A stretch of DNA of 64,000 bases from Vulcanimicrobiota bacterium (GCA_963820825.1 CAWGBN010000006.1:192001-256000); one strand, 5' to 3'; shown: positions 48,438 through 58,809, numbered from the stretch's first letter. A program made the numbers and translations. Notes: generated by a model not told the origin, from the sequence alone.

Positions 48438-49283
48438 GTGAACTGGGAACGGCTTATTGCGGCGATCATGCTCGTCTCGCTGACCTTCGGCGCGGGGCTT
48501 CAAGTCGATCGCGATCATTTAAAGACCGTCCTTCGCAACGGTGGCCTGATCGGGCGCACGTTCCTGGCGAACTTCATCATCGTTCCGCTGCTCGGCGTAC
48601 TCTTAGCGAAGGTCTTTCGACTGCCGCCGCAGGTCGCCACCGGGTTCTTGCTGATGGCGATCGCGCCCGGCGTTCCGCTCGTTCTTACCTCGGTCAGAAA
48701 ACGCGGCGGAAGCCTCGGCTTTGCGATCGCGCTCGCGTTCATGCTGCCGCTGCTATCGATCGTGACGGTACCGGTGACGGCGGCGCTGGTGATGCCGACC
48801 GCCGCAAAAGCCGATTTGCCAATGACCCGGTTCGTGCTGACGCTGGTGCTCTTCCAGTTGCTCCCGCTCGTCGCGGGGATCGCCGTGGGTGCCCTCGCAC
48901 CCCGTTCGGCGCAGCGACTGGACCGGCCGCTCCAAATCCTCTTCTTCGCGTCGGCGCTGGCGCTCATCGCACTGCTCGCACCGACATTGGCGCACAGCGT
49001 GGCCTCGGTCTACGGCTCAAACGGCATGTTGGCAATGCTCTGTTTGGTGCTGTTCTCGATGGCCACCGGTTGGCTCTTGGGTGGCCCGGCTCGGGAGGAC
49101 CGGCGGGTGCTGGCAATCGGGACGACGCTGCGGAACATCGGTCTGTGCGCGTTGATTGCCACGGCGAGTTTTACCGACAAGCTCGTGGCGGCGACCGTGC
49201 TGACGTACTTTCTGATTCAGTTTCTCATCACGACGATCTTCGGCGTCTATTTCGCACGGACCGCACGGAACGCGACACGATGA
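48438..49283 (+). CDS. Bile acid:sodium symporter (BASS/SBF)-like transporter
   Basis: About nine TMs; ANFIIVPLL, LMAIAPG, QLLPL, TTLRNIGL motifs. Confidence 0.75.
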   Translation: MNWERLIAAIMLVSLTFGAGLQVDRDHLKTVLRNGGLIGRTFLANFIIVPLLGVLLAKVFRLPPQVATGFLLMAIAPGVPLVLTSVRKRGGSLGFAIALAFMLPLLSIVTVPVTAALVMPTAAKADLPMTRFVLTLVLFQLLPLVAGIAVGALAPRSAQRLDRPLQILFFASALALIALLAPTLAHSVASVYGSNGMLAMLCLVLFSMATGWLLGGPAREDRRVLAIGTTLRNIGLCALIATASFTDKLVAATVLTYFLIQFLITTIFGVYFARTARNATR

Positions 49284-50023
49284 CGCCGCTAGTCTTATCC
49301 GAGTTCGGTTTTGACAAGCTGAACGTCATCGACTACATCTCGCTCATTGCGGCCACGACCAACGCCTTCAACGGCGCATTGCTGGCGCGCCGTCCCGACC
49401 ACTACAAACATTTCACTCTGATCGGCGTCATCATCCTTGCATTCGCCGGCGGCATCGGGGGCGGAATCGTCCGTGACGTTCTCGTCAATAAGGTCCCTTC
49501 GCCGCTAATCAATCCATGGTATTTGATTCTCTGCTTCAACGCTGCGGCGCTGGCGCTGATTGTCGACTACGCGAGCGCGGCGCGTTTCAAAGACGGTCTC
49601 TTTCAGTTCATGACGGCGTTTACGCTGCCGTGGTACGCTATCGTGGGGGCTCAGGCCGCCCTCGCCGCGCATCTGGGGTACCTGGCCGCGGTGCTGATCG
49701 GGATCATCGCGACGACGGCGGGAAGATGGATCATCGACGTTGCCTGCAACGTGGTGCCGAAGCAGCTCGTACGAGGCGAGTTCTTCGTGACCGCAGCGGG
49801 ACTCACGGGCATCGCCTACGTCGTCTGCAATCAGGCATTCGGGATCTCCGTGATACTGTCCACGATCGTCGCGTTCTTCGTCGGGTTCGGCTTCCGTCTG
49901 CTCTCGCAGTTTCTTGGTTGGGAAGAGTGGGAGCCTTGGGAACCGGCATCGCTCGCGCAGGGAGAGAAAGCGCGTAAGACCTTGGGCGAGGGCTTACACG
50001 CCGAGTTCGACCGTACCGAATGA
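49280..50023 (+). CDS. TRIC/UPF0126 family membrane protein
   Basis: GGIGGGIVRDVL and second repeat TTAGRWIIDV..VP; ATGA overlap with the upstream gene. Confidence 0.85.
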   Translation: MTPLVLSEFGFDKLNVIDYISLIAATTNAFNGALLARRPDHYKHFTLIGVIILAFAGGIGGGIVRDVLVNKVPSPLINPWYLILCFNAAALALIVDYASAARFKDGLFQFMTAFTLPWYAIVGAQAALAAHLGYLAAVLIGIIATTAGRWIIDVACNVVPKQLVRGEFFVTAAGLTGIAYVVCNQAFGISVILSTIVAFFVGFGFRLLSQFLGWEEWEPWEPASLAQGEKARKTLGEGLHAEFDRTE

Positions 50024-50038
50024 AAGGATAGCGTATTC

Positions 50039-50887
50039 ATGGCCAAGGCTGCCGAGAAGGATCGCCCGCGATCGCTGGTCACGCATCGCGAGTTCAAGAT
50101 GCTCCTCAAACCCGAGAAGTTTCCGACCCGCAAAGCGCTCCTCGAATTCAATCAGTTGCTGGAGCGCGTGGCAAAAGCGCTCGGCGTTCGCTACGAACCG
50201 GTCGAGTCGATCGACTCACAGTTACGGATCGTCCAGTTCTACGATACGAAGAACGAAGACTTGCGTAAGAACAAGCTCATCTTCCGAATCCGGCAGATTC
50301 GCCAGGGCGGATGGCCCGACGAGAGCTGGGAGCTTACGTTTAAGTGCCGTGCGCCCGAGTACGAGAAGGCGGCGGGCTTCGACACGGACACTACGTTGAC
50401 GCAGCTGCAGCGCAAGAAGTTCAAGGAAGAGTTGATTCGCGGCGAAGCGCCGGGAACGATGACGAGCATCTTTTCCAATAACGTGATCGTCGAATATCCG
50501 GAGGTCGACGTCGAGGTTCCCATCTCGCGCCTGGCCTCGGCGTTGCCCCACCTCAGAACGCTCGAGCTGGATATGGACGAGCGGCTCTCGATCGTGGCGG
50601 GTGCGAAGGTCTTCGAGCTGCAGTCGACGGTCGGCAACCTCTTTTTCGGGCATGGCGTCACCGCGCACGCGACGCTCGCGGTCTGGGCACGGCCGGTCCC
50701 CGACCGGTTCGAGCCGCTAGTAGCCGAGTTCGGCTTCTCGACGCACGTTCGCGAGCGCGACGAAAAAGAAGAGAAAGGCCAAAAAGCGGCTGACGACTTC
50801 TTCAAAGCGCTCCAGGGACCGCTCAAAGATTACCTCTCGGATGGAACGACCAAGACGGCCCTGATCTATGGAGACAGCGGCTCTTAG
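50039..50887 (+). CDS. Hypothetical protein, CYTH-like
   Basis: REFK, FYDT, IFRIR, ELTFK, E.E and AEFGF pattern of triphosphate-tunnel folds. Confidence 0.55.
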   Translation: MAKAAEKDRPRSLVTHREFKMLLKPEKFPTRKALLEFNQLLERVAKALGVRYEPVESIDSQLRIVQFYDTKNEDLRKNKLIFRIRQIRQGGWPDESWELTFKCRAPEYEKAAGFDTDTTLTQLQRKKFKEELIRGEAPGTMTSIFSNNVIVEYPEVDVEVPISRLASALPHLRTLELDMDERLSIVAGAKVFELQSTVGNLFFGHGVTAHATLAVWARPVPDRFEPLVAEFGFSTHVRERDEKEEKGQKAADDFFKALQGPLKDYLSDGTTKTALIYGDSGS

Positions 50888-50912
50888 CTCAACTTCACGA
50901 CAAGGAGTACCA

Positions 50913-52436
50913 ATGGCCACTCAAAGCACACCGAATATCGTCGCGATCATGGCCGACGATATCGGTTGGTTCAACATCGGCGCCTACCATCAAGGGATCA
51001 TGGCGAGCCGCACTCCGAATCTCGATCGCCTTGCGGCCGAGGGGATGCGCTTTACGGACTACTACGCCGAGGCGAGCTGCACCGCCGGGCGCGCGAACTT
51101 CATCACCGGTCAGCTCCCGATCCGAACGGGTTTGACGACGGTGGGACAAGCCGGGGCGAAGGTTGGAATGCCTGCTGAGGCGCCGACCATTGCGACGGCG
51201 CTCAAATCGATGGGATACGCCACCGGGCAGTTCGGAAAGAACCACCTTGGCGATCTCAACGAATACTTGCCGACGGTCCACGGCTTCGACGAGTTCTTCG
51301 GCTATCTCTATCACCTCGATGCCATGGAAGATCCGTCGCATCCGAACTATCCGCAGGCGCTCAAAGATAAGATCGGTCCTCGCAACATGGTGCATTGCTG
51401 GGCGACCGCCAAAGACGACGCGACCGTCGACCCGCGTTGGGGGAAAGTCGGCAAGCAGCGGATCGAAGATGCCGGCCCGCTCTTCCCCGAGCGCATGAAG
51501 ACCGTCGACGACGAGATTTTGGACAACGCTCTCAAGTTCATCGACCAGGCGAAGGCGCAGAGTAAGCCGTTCTTCTTGTGGCTCAATCCGACGCGCATGC
51601 ACGTGGTCACACATCTCTCCGATAAGTATCAGAAGATGCGTACGCCGGAGAATGGCTGGTCGGAATCGGAGGCGGGTATGGCGCAGCTCGACGACATCGT
51701 CGGCGGCGTCATGAAGAAGCTCGATGACGATGGTCTCGCAAATAATACCATCATCATGTTTACGACCGATAACGGCGCCGAGAACTTCACCTGGCCCGAC
51801 GGCGGTCAAACGCCCTTTGCCGGCGGCAAAGGCACGGTTCTCGAAGGCGGTTTCCGCTCTCCCTGCATCGTGCGCTGGCCCGGTAAAGTCCCGGCCGGAA
51901 AAGTTGAAAACGGAATCTTCTCCGGAATGGACTGGTTCCCGACCTTCGTCGCCGCAGCCGGAAACCCGAATATCGCCGACGAGTTGAAGAAGGGCAAACA
52001 GCTCGGCGACCGCACCTATAAGGTGCACCTCGACGGTTACAATCAGCTCGATCTGATCACCGGGAAAGGTCCGTCGAACCGGCACGAGATCTTCTACTTT
52101 GCTGAAGGTACGCTCGGCGCGGTCCGCCTCAACGACTATAAATACCGGTTCATCGATCAGCCCGGTGGCTGGCTCGGCGGAACGGTCAAAGTCGACTGGC
52201 CGATTCTCACGAACATCCGGCTCGATCCCTTCGAACGCACCGGCATTAGCGGATCGCTCAACTACTACCACTTCTTCGCCTACCAGTTCTGGCGATTCGT
52301 GCTGGTCCAGGAGGTCGTCGGAAAACTCGCCGAGACCGCGATCGAGTTTCCACCGATGCAGAAAGGCGCCTCATTCAATCTCGAAGAGGTCAAGGAGCGG
52401 ATCCAAAAGGCGATGGCGTCGCACACCGGATCGTAA
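50913..52436 (+). CDS. Arylsulfatase (Cys-type, FGly-dependent), no signal peptide
   Basis: SD AAGGAG; PNIVAIMADDIG, SCTAGRA (CxAxR), GKNHLG, TDNG, EGG.R.P. Confidence 0.95.
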   Translation: MATQSTPNIVAIMADDIGWFNIGAYHQGIMASRTPNLDRLAAEGMRFTDYYAEASCTAGRANFITGQLPIRTGLTTVGQAGAKVGMPAEAPTIATALKSMGYATGQFGKNHLGDLNEYLPTVHGFDEFFGYLYHLDAMEDPSHPNYPQALKDKIGPRNMVHCWATAKDDATVDPRWGKVGKQRIEDAGPLFPERMKTVDDEILDNALKFIDQAKAQSKPFFLWLNPTRMHVVTHLSDKYQKMRTPENGWSESEAGMAQLDDIVGGVMKKLDDDGLANNTIIMFTTDNGAENFTWPDGGQTPFAGGKGTVLEGGFRSPCIVRWPGKVPAGKVENGIFSGMDWFPTFVAAAGNPNIADELKKGKQLGDRTYKVHLDGYNQLDLITGKGPSNRHEIFYFAEGTLGAVRLNDYKYRFIDQPGGWLGGTVKVDWPILTNIRLDPFERTGISGSLNYYHFFAYQFWRFVLVQEVVGKLAETAIEFPPMQKGASFNLEEVKERIQKAMASHTGS

Positions 52437-52471
52437 GGAACTGCGCACGATAACGAAAGAGCGAGCGTCCG

Positions 52472-53675
52472 TTACGGGCGCTCGCTCTGCGTGTGGGTGT
52501 CGAAGACGACCTGATCCCAACGCCATAATTTTCGAAAGAACGCTAAGGCCCTTTGCCGTTGCGGCGCATCGCCGCCGATCTCCGCGATCGAGCGCTCCGC
52601 GTCGACCGCGGCGAGCATTCGTTGCTCGTCGGCATCGATCGGCAGGTAGAGGTCGTTATAGACGTGATTGCGATTGATCAGCACGGCGGCCGCTCCCGGC
52701 GGCAGGCGCTCGCGCACGGCGAGCGTCTCGGGCAAGCGAATCGGCACGTATCCAAACGACGAGTCGGAGTCGAAGCCAACGTCGTCGCTCGCGGGCCGGT
52801 CCGATCGATAGCAGATGAAGGCGTGGCGAAGCATCGTTCCGCGAAAGAGCTCGAGCGCCGCGTACTGCTCGTGCGGCGCGAGCCTCGATAACAGCGCACG
52901 GTGCGGCGTGCCGGCGATGGCGCCGCAATCGGGAAGATACGGCGCCTGACGGATCCACCGTCCAAACGTTAGACCGGCATTCTCGACCAACGTCATCAGC
53001 TCCGGAACGGAGTATGCCCGATCTCTCGGATGGAGCAGCGCGTCGGCGATCCCGGCGCTCGTGGCAAAGTCGGGCGAGTTGCGCAGCAGCGGTACGATCG
53101 GATGATCGGCCGGGAGTGCTTGTAGGGTCGCCACGAGATCGGCAATCTCGCCCTCGCTGCGGCCGACGCCGATGCGTCGGCAGTACTCCTGGAGCAAGTA
53201 GACGCCGGCGCGGCCGTACGGCGCGTAGAGCATCAGATGCATCGCGCCCGTGGGCGCAGCACGTCGCGCAGCGCGCGCAGGCCCGCGTCGGGGTCGGAGA
53301 GATGATGGAGAACGCCGGTGCAGACGACGTAGTCGAACGACTCGCCGAGTTCGCCCGCGCGCTCGATCGGTAGTTGCCGCAGTTCGAGGTTCTCTAAACC
53401 GTATTTGCGTTGCAGCTCGCGCGAATGCGCGATGCTCGTCGCGCTGAGATCGATGCCGACGACGCGGGCTCGCGGCCAGCGGACCGCGTAGTGCGCCGCC
53501 TGCATCGTGCCGCATCCGGCCACCAAGATGCTGCGATGGTCGCGGAATTGTTCGTTCGGCCAGAAGAGATGGGAATCGGCGTACCGGCGGGCGTCGGTCC
53601 ACGCCCGCCGGTACGCATCGAGGTCGTCTACCGGCGCCGGGTAGGGGTGACGTTCGTAGAAGTCACCGAGCTCAT
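52472..53675 (-). CDS. Class I SAM-dependent methyltransferase (frameshifted in this sequence)
   Basis: FYERHPYP, ILVAGCGT, VGIDLS, FDYVVCTGVLHHL, DALLHPRDRAY; TAATG overlap with the sulfatase. Confidence 0.85.
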
Positions 53676-55190
53676 TAGCCGTGAGGTGTCGCCACCTGCT
53701 CCATCACGGAGTCGAGGTTGAACGAAGCGGGTTTCTGACGTGGAGGGAACTTTTCGAAGTCCGCGATTTGCCCGGCGATTACGGCTTGCATTAGGTACAT
53801 CTGGGGCACGTGATTCACACACCAGTCCCAGTAGGTGTTCGAGTTGAAATCGGCTCGCTCGAATGGGTCTCTCCGCAGATTGACGATGTGCGGGACGCGC
53901 AGCTTCACGAACGGCTCGGCCCACTGCTGCATTTGATTCGCGCGTTGCAGGGCAAGGTTGAACTTATAGTCCCCGACCCGCACCGCGATGATGTCGCCGT
54001 CGTCGCTAAAGTAGACGATCGCCTCGCGGGGGCTCTCCTTCGATTCGCCGCTGAAATAGGGAATCATGTTGTAGCCGTCGAGGTGGACGTTGAACTTCTT
54101 GTCACCGACCTTGCAGCCGTCGAGCAGCTGCTGCGTGACATCGGGATTTCCGGCCGCCGCCAAAAGCGTCGGGAACATGTCGATGTGCGAGACGATCCCG
54201 TTGTAGACCGAGCCGGACTTGATCGTACCCGGCCAGCGCATGAAGCACGGAACGCGCCACCCGCCCTCCCAGTTCGAGTCTTTTTGCCCGCGGAACGGCG
54301 TGGAGGCGCCGTCGGGCCAGGTATCGTTCTCCGGACCGTTGTCGGTGGAGTACATCACGATGGTGTTGTCGGCGATACCCAGCTCGTCGAGCTTGTCGAG
54401 CATCATGCCGATCTGCTCGTCGTGCACGACCATCCGGTCGCTGTACGGATCCTGGCCGCTCTTGCCGAGATTCTTGTCTGCGACGTGCGTGCGGAAATGC
54501 ATCGCCGTTGAGTTATACCAAAGGAAGAACGGCTGATCGGCCTTGGCCTGCTTCTCCATCCAGTCGAGTGCCGCCGCAGTAATCTCTTCATCGACGGTCT
54601 CCATTCGTTTCTTCGTCAGCGGCCCGGTGTCGACGATGGTCTGCTTCCCCACGCGTCCCCAGCGCGGGTCGACCGTCGCGTCGTCCTTGTCGGTCGCCGT
54701 GCAATGCAGCACGCCGCGCGGCCCAAAGGCCGCAAGAAATTTCGGGATCCTTGGGATAGTCGGGGAGTTCGGGTTCTTCTTCGGCGTTGAGGTGATACAG
54801 GTTGCCGAAGAACTCATCGAAGCCGTGCACGGTCGGCAAGAACTCGTTGCGGTCGCCGAGATGGTTCTTTCCAAACTGGCCCGTTGCGTACCCGAGCGGC
54901 TTCAGCAACTCGGCGATGGTCGGGTCTTCCGGTTGCAGGCCGACGGTGGCGCCGGGCATGCCGACCTTCGTAAGACCGGTGCGGATCGGATTTTGGCCGG
55001 TGATGAAGCACGCGCGCCCCGCGGTGCAACTTTGCTGAGAGTAGTAGTCGGTAAACAAGCCGCCTTCGTTTGCGACGCGATCGATGTTCGGCGTCCGGTA
55101 TCCCATCATGCCGTTGCTAAACTTGCTGATGTTCCAGACGCCGATGTCGTCACCCCAGAGGATGAGAATATTGGGTTTCTTCGATGGCAT
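53675..55190 (-). CDS. Arylsulfatase paralog 2 (frameshift near 54745), no signal peptide
   Basis: [42 protein letters not shown]. Confidence 0.93.
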
Positions 55191-55292
55191 TTTTTCGTGC
55201 ATCTCCCGATTCTAAGCGTTTTCCGTCTGTGCGGAGGCGAGGGGGATACGTGGCATTCAGAATCGCGTAAAAATTCACCTGTGCAAAATCGC

Positions 55293-55355
55293 TCAGCTTA
55301 TATTAAGCTGATTTAACAGGGGTTTCTTGCGCCCGGGCGCGGGAGGGCTTAGGAT
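55293..55355. promoter_or_regulatory. Operator-like palindrome and FGE promoter in the divergent region
   Basis: TCAGCTTA-TAT-TAAGCTGA inverted repeat (55293-55311); TTGCGC, 17 nt, TAGGAT (55327-55355), 8 nt before ATG 55364. Confidence 0.6.
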
Positions 55356-55363
55356 ATTCGGAC

Positions 55364-56275
55364 ATGACCGGTATTATGCGCGACGCGCTGGTTTCGATCG
55401 AAGGCGGAACCTTCCGCATGGGTTCCGACCGGTTCTATCCGGAGGAGGCTCCGGTGCGCGCCGTGCGCGTCGAGGCCTTCCGGATCGCGCCGTATACGGT
55501 TACGAATTCGGAGTTTTCGCGATTCGTCCGGCAGACCGGCTACGTGACGGTCGCGGAGCGCCCGCTCAATCCCGACGAATATCCGGGCGCGCCGCCCGAG
55601 AATCTCGTCCCGGGCTCGCTGGTCTTTCATTTGACCGCCGGACCGGTCGATCTGCGAGATTACTCGCAGTGGTGGTCGTGGGTTCCCGGTGCGTCCTGGA
55701 AGCATCCTTACGGCCCCGGCAGCTCGATCGATTCGAGACCCGACCATCCCGTCGTGCACGTCGCCTACGAGGATGCCGATACGTATGCGCGATGGGCCGG
55801 AATGCGTCTGCCGACCGAGGCCGAGTGGGAGTATGCCGCACGCGGCGGGTTAGACGGCAAGGATTTCATTTGGGGCGACGAGATCGAGCCGGGCGGAAAG
55901 CCGGCGGCAAATACGTGGCAAGGCGACTTTCCCTGGCGAAGCTCGGCGAAGCATGGCCCGAGCACGATGCCGGGCGGCCGATTTGCACCCAATGCGTTCG
56001 GCCTCTACGACATGGCCGGCAACGTTTGGGAGTGGACCTCGGATTGGTACCTGCGCGATCGCGGCGAAATCGAGTCGCCGTGCTGCTCGGGCGACGCGCG
56101 CGAACGCAGCTACGATCCGTGTCAGCCCGGCGTCCACATTCCGCGCAAAGTTCTCAAAGGCGGATCGTTCCTCTGCTCGCCGAGTTACTGCTTACGCTTC
56201 CGGCCGGCGGCACGTTCGCCGCAGATGATCGATACGGGCATGTCGCACATCGGCTTCCGATGTGCGAGCGACTGA
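55364..56275 (+). CDS. Formylglycine-generating enzyme (sulfatase-modifying factor)
   Basis: FRMGS, HPVVHVAYEDA, RLPTEAEWEYAARGG, GNVWEW, KGGSFLCSPSYCLRFRPAAR (both catalytic Cys), GFRC. Confidence 0.95.
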   Translation: MTGIMRDALVSIEGGTFRMGSDRFYPEEAPVRAVRVEAFRIAPYTVTNSEFSRFVRQTGYVTVAERPLNPDEYPGAPPENLVPGSLVFHLTAGPVDLRDYSQWWSWVPGASWKHPYGPGSSIDSRPDHPVVHVAYEDADTYARWAGMRLPTEAEWEYAARGGLDGKDFIWGDEIEPGGKPAANTWQGDFPWRSSAKHGPSTMPGGRFAPNAFGLYDMAGNVWEWTSDWYLRDRGEIESPCCSGDARERSYDPCQPGVHIPRKVLKGGSFLCSPSYCLRFRPAARSPQMIDTGMSHIGFRCASD

Positions 56276-56299
56276 CGTAGCCCCAGGTAGTTCGCGGCA

Positions 56300-56746
56300 A
56301 TGCACGGTTGGGGGACGTGGAGTGCGAACTGGGCCTGGAGTCTGGCGCTCGTCGCGATCACGATCGCACTGCACGTTGCCGGCGTCGTCCTAATCGGAAA
56401 CGCGATCGAACGACGGCGAGTTCGCGTGCAACGCAGCACCGCGAGCATCATCCTCGCCATCGTCGGCGTCGCGCTCTGGCTGGCTCTCCTGCACGCGACC
56501 GAGTCGATGATCTGGGCGGTCGCATATTTGCGACTCGGCGCCTTCTCATCGCCGGCCGATGCGGTGCTGTACTCACTCGATTCGATGACGACGCGCGGTG
56601 CTTCGGGACTCGTCCCTTTCAGTGAATGGCGGATGATGGGGGCCGCGGAGGCCGGCGACGGAATGCTGCTCTTCGGAATCAGCACGGCGTTCGTGTTCTA
56701 CGTAATGATTCGGTTGTTGAAGCACGACTACCAGTTCCGTGTCTAG
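56300..56746 (+). CDS. Small ion-channel-like membrane protein (two TM plus pore helix)
   Basis: LH..E..IWA, LYSLDSMTTRG pore-like motif, WRMMG..EA..G.LLFG.STA. Confidence 0.7.
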   Translation: MHGWGTWSANWAWSLALVAITIALHVAGVVLIGNAIERRRVRVQRSTASIILAIVGVALWLALLHATESMIWAVAYLRLGAFSSPADAVLYSLDSMTTRGASGLVPFSEWRMMGAAEAGDGMLLFGISTAFVFYVMIRLLKHDYQFRV

Positions 56747-56749
56747 CCG

Positions 56750-56960
56750 CGCGCGCGCCGTCGTCGCAGCGGAGATTTAGCCGTGGCTTCGGGCCGGGGC
56801 TCGTTTCGGGCGCCTCCGCGAACGACCCGACGACGGTCGGTACGCGTGCCGTCGTCGGTGCGGCGACCGGTTTCGAACTCGCGTGGCTCGTCGTGCTGCT
56901 CCTGCCGATGCTCGCCGTCGTTCAGGCCATCGCCGCATCGGTCGCCGCGCTCGTCCGCCG
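56750..56960 (+). pseudogene. NRAMP/MntH-family transporter N-terminal remnant
   Basis: GPGLVSGASANDP...GAATGFELAW....LPML..VQ matches TM1-2 of NRAMP-like proteins; no suitable start and truncated after about 70 aa. Confidence 0.65.
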
Positions 56961-57034
56961 CAACGTCGATCGTCGCGCTTTCGTCTTTTGGCTTCGTCGC
57001 GACGGCGCTTTGGTCGTTTCCTCGCTGGTAGGCG

Positions 57035-57943
57035 TCAGAGGTTGAAGGTGTAGCCCAGCAGCGGTCCGCTCAAATCGAACTTTTGAACGTTCGAACCCGG
57101 TGGAAACGCGTTGTAATTGAGCGAGCGCCAGAGCGCGACGATCGTTTGACCGTGCGGGAACGCGTAGCCGCCTCCGCCGTAAGCCTCCCACGTCTGATTG
57201 GTCATGCCGGTGCCCCAATCGCCGTAGTAGGCGAGGTAGAACCGGTCGCTGAGATAGGCCTTTCCGCGAAGACCAAAGATCACGTCGTCGGTGTGATCGG
57301 AGCTCGTAATCGTTCCGGTCGGCGTGATGATGTTTTTCTTGGAGATGGTTGCATTATAATCGGCGGTCAGATGGATCGGAAAATCGCGAACCCCGATGAA
57401 GGCGCTCAGATCGGCGTTGTGGCCGTGCGCGATCGTGTATCCGGCGGCCAACTCCCAAATCGCCGTTGCGACGCGGGCAGAGGCGTTGAAGGTAACGGGA
57501 ATCTGGATGTGGCCCTTCGGTCCGGAGACCGTCGTGGCGATGGTCGCGGTCGTCGAAGAGTTCAGATAGATGCCGTCGCCAAAGAGATCGACGTCGCCCT
57601 TTCGCACGTCGAACGCCGCCATCACGGCCGTATTGAGCTTTGGAAGATAATCGCTCGGGCCGACCTGGACGTTGCCGCTGAGCAGGTGGTTGTGTCCTGC
57701 GCCATGGCCCGGCAGCCGAGGAATGGCGAACTGATAGTTGGCCTTTATCGTAGGCGCCCAAATATACGGGGCGAGCGTCACGTGGAGTTGACCGTCGTAC
57801 TGGCGGTCCATGAAGGTTGGCTGCGAAGTTGCCGCAGGCGCCGGTGATGCGGCCGGCGCTTCCTGGGCGCGAACACGTTGAGGCATGGTCGTTACTGCAA
57901 GGATGATGGCAGCGCAAGCGAGCGCTCGGGTCAACGAATGCAT
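57035..57943 (-). CDS. Exported outer-membrane beta-barrel-like protein
   Basis: Signal peptide, APYIWAP, alternating beta strands, C-terminal SGPLLGYTFNL. Confidence 0.7.
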   Translation of the reverse strand: MHSLTRALACAAIILAVTTMPQRVRAQEAPAASPAPAATSQPTFMDRQYDGQLHVTLAPYIWAPTIKANYQFAIPRLPGHGAGHNHLLSGNVQVGPSDYLPKLNTAVMAAFDVRKGDVDLFGDGIYLNSSTTATIATTVSGPKGHIQIPVTFNASARVATAIWELAAGYTIAHGHNADLSAFIGVRDFPIHLTADYNATISKKNIITPTGTITSSDHTDDVIFGLRGKAYLSDRFYLAYYGDWGTGMTNQTWEAYGGGGYAFPHGQTIVALWRSLNYNAFPPGSNVQKFDLSGPLLGYTFNL

Positions 57944-58095
57944 GGCGTTGTAGAATCTCCTCGTTTGGGCGTTTCCGGCGTTTACTTGCTCGCTCCATAG
58001 AAATCCCGCGGGCAGGCAACAGGTTCGACCGCAACCGGCATTATTTTAGATTAAATCGGTTTAAGGCATCGGTGTGTTTTGGAAAGAAGCGGCGA

Positions 58096-58809
58096 CTATT
58101 GTCGCGAGTGCACCAATGGAGGATTCCTTAGAATCTCGTTCGCTCGCCGAAAGATCGTGTCGAACATCGGCACCGTCAGCTTGCCGGTATTGGTATTCTG
58201 CCGGCTGGGATGATACGAGGCGATCACCGCGACGTGCCGGCGGCCCTTCGCCGCGCTCAGCTCCGCGCCGTGTGCGAAGGCGATGCCGGAAGGCGTGACG
58301 ATGAAATCGCGCTCGCGCAACACCTTCAGGATCGCGCTGAAAGCAACCGCACCGAGCGCGACCATGACGCGAAGTCGCGCGAGCGCGTCGAACTCTTGCA
58401 CGAGATAGGGAAAGCAGTTACGCAGCTCCGCCGGCGTCGGCTTATTCTTCGGCGGCGCGCAGCGTACAGCGGCGGTGATGAGAGCGTCGTGCAGCCGTAG
58501 ACCGTCGTTGCGATCGACGGCCTTCGGCTGCGACGCGAATCCGGCGCGATAGAGCGCCGGATAGAGAAAATCTCCCGACGCGTCGCCGGTGAACGGCCGG
58601 CCGGTCCGATTGCTTCCGTGCGCTCCCGGGGCGAGACCGACGAGCATTACACGCGCGCGGGGATCGCCGAACGCGGGGACCGGCTTTCCCCAGTAGGTGC
58701 ATTCCCGGTGAGCGCGCTTACGCTCGCGCGCGACCGTCGCGGTATAGGCGCGCAGCTCGGGGCAACGTGCGCAGCGGACGACCGCCGCTTCGATCTGCTT
58801 TAGATCCAC
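58096..58809 (-). CDS. Uracil-DNA glycosylase, family 5 (Fe-S, UdgB-like)
   Basis: CARCPEL, GLAPGAHGSNRTGRPFTGD, RCAPPKNKP, YHPSRQN. Confidence 0.92.
   Translation of the reverse strand: MDLKQIEAAVVRCARCPELRAYTATVARERKRAHRECTYWGKPVPAFGDPRARVMLVGLAPGAHGSNRTGRPFTGDASGDFLYPALYRAGFASQPKAVDRNDGLRLHDALITAAVRCAPPKNKPTPAELRNCFPYLVQEFDALARLRVMVALGAVAFSAILKVLRERDFIVTPSGIAFAHGAELSAAKGRRHVAVIASYHPSRQNTNTGKLTVPMFDTIFRRANEILRNPPLVHSRQ

Noticed and set aside
51413..54685. Inverted DNA similarity between the two sulfatase genes
   Set aside because: Reflects paralogous protein sequence ([10 protein letters not shown]), not a mobile-element repeat.
48335..58047. GGCATTAT(A/T)TT direct repeat as att sites of the sulfatase island
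   Set aside because: Both copies are explained as -10 boxes of minus-strand genes; no integrase or tRNA target.
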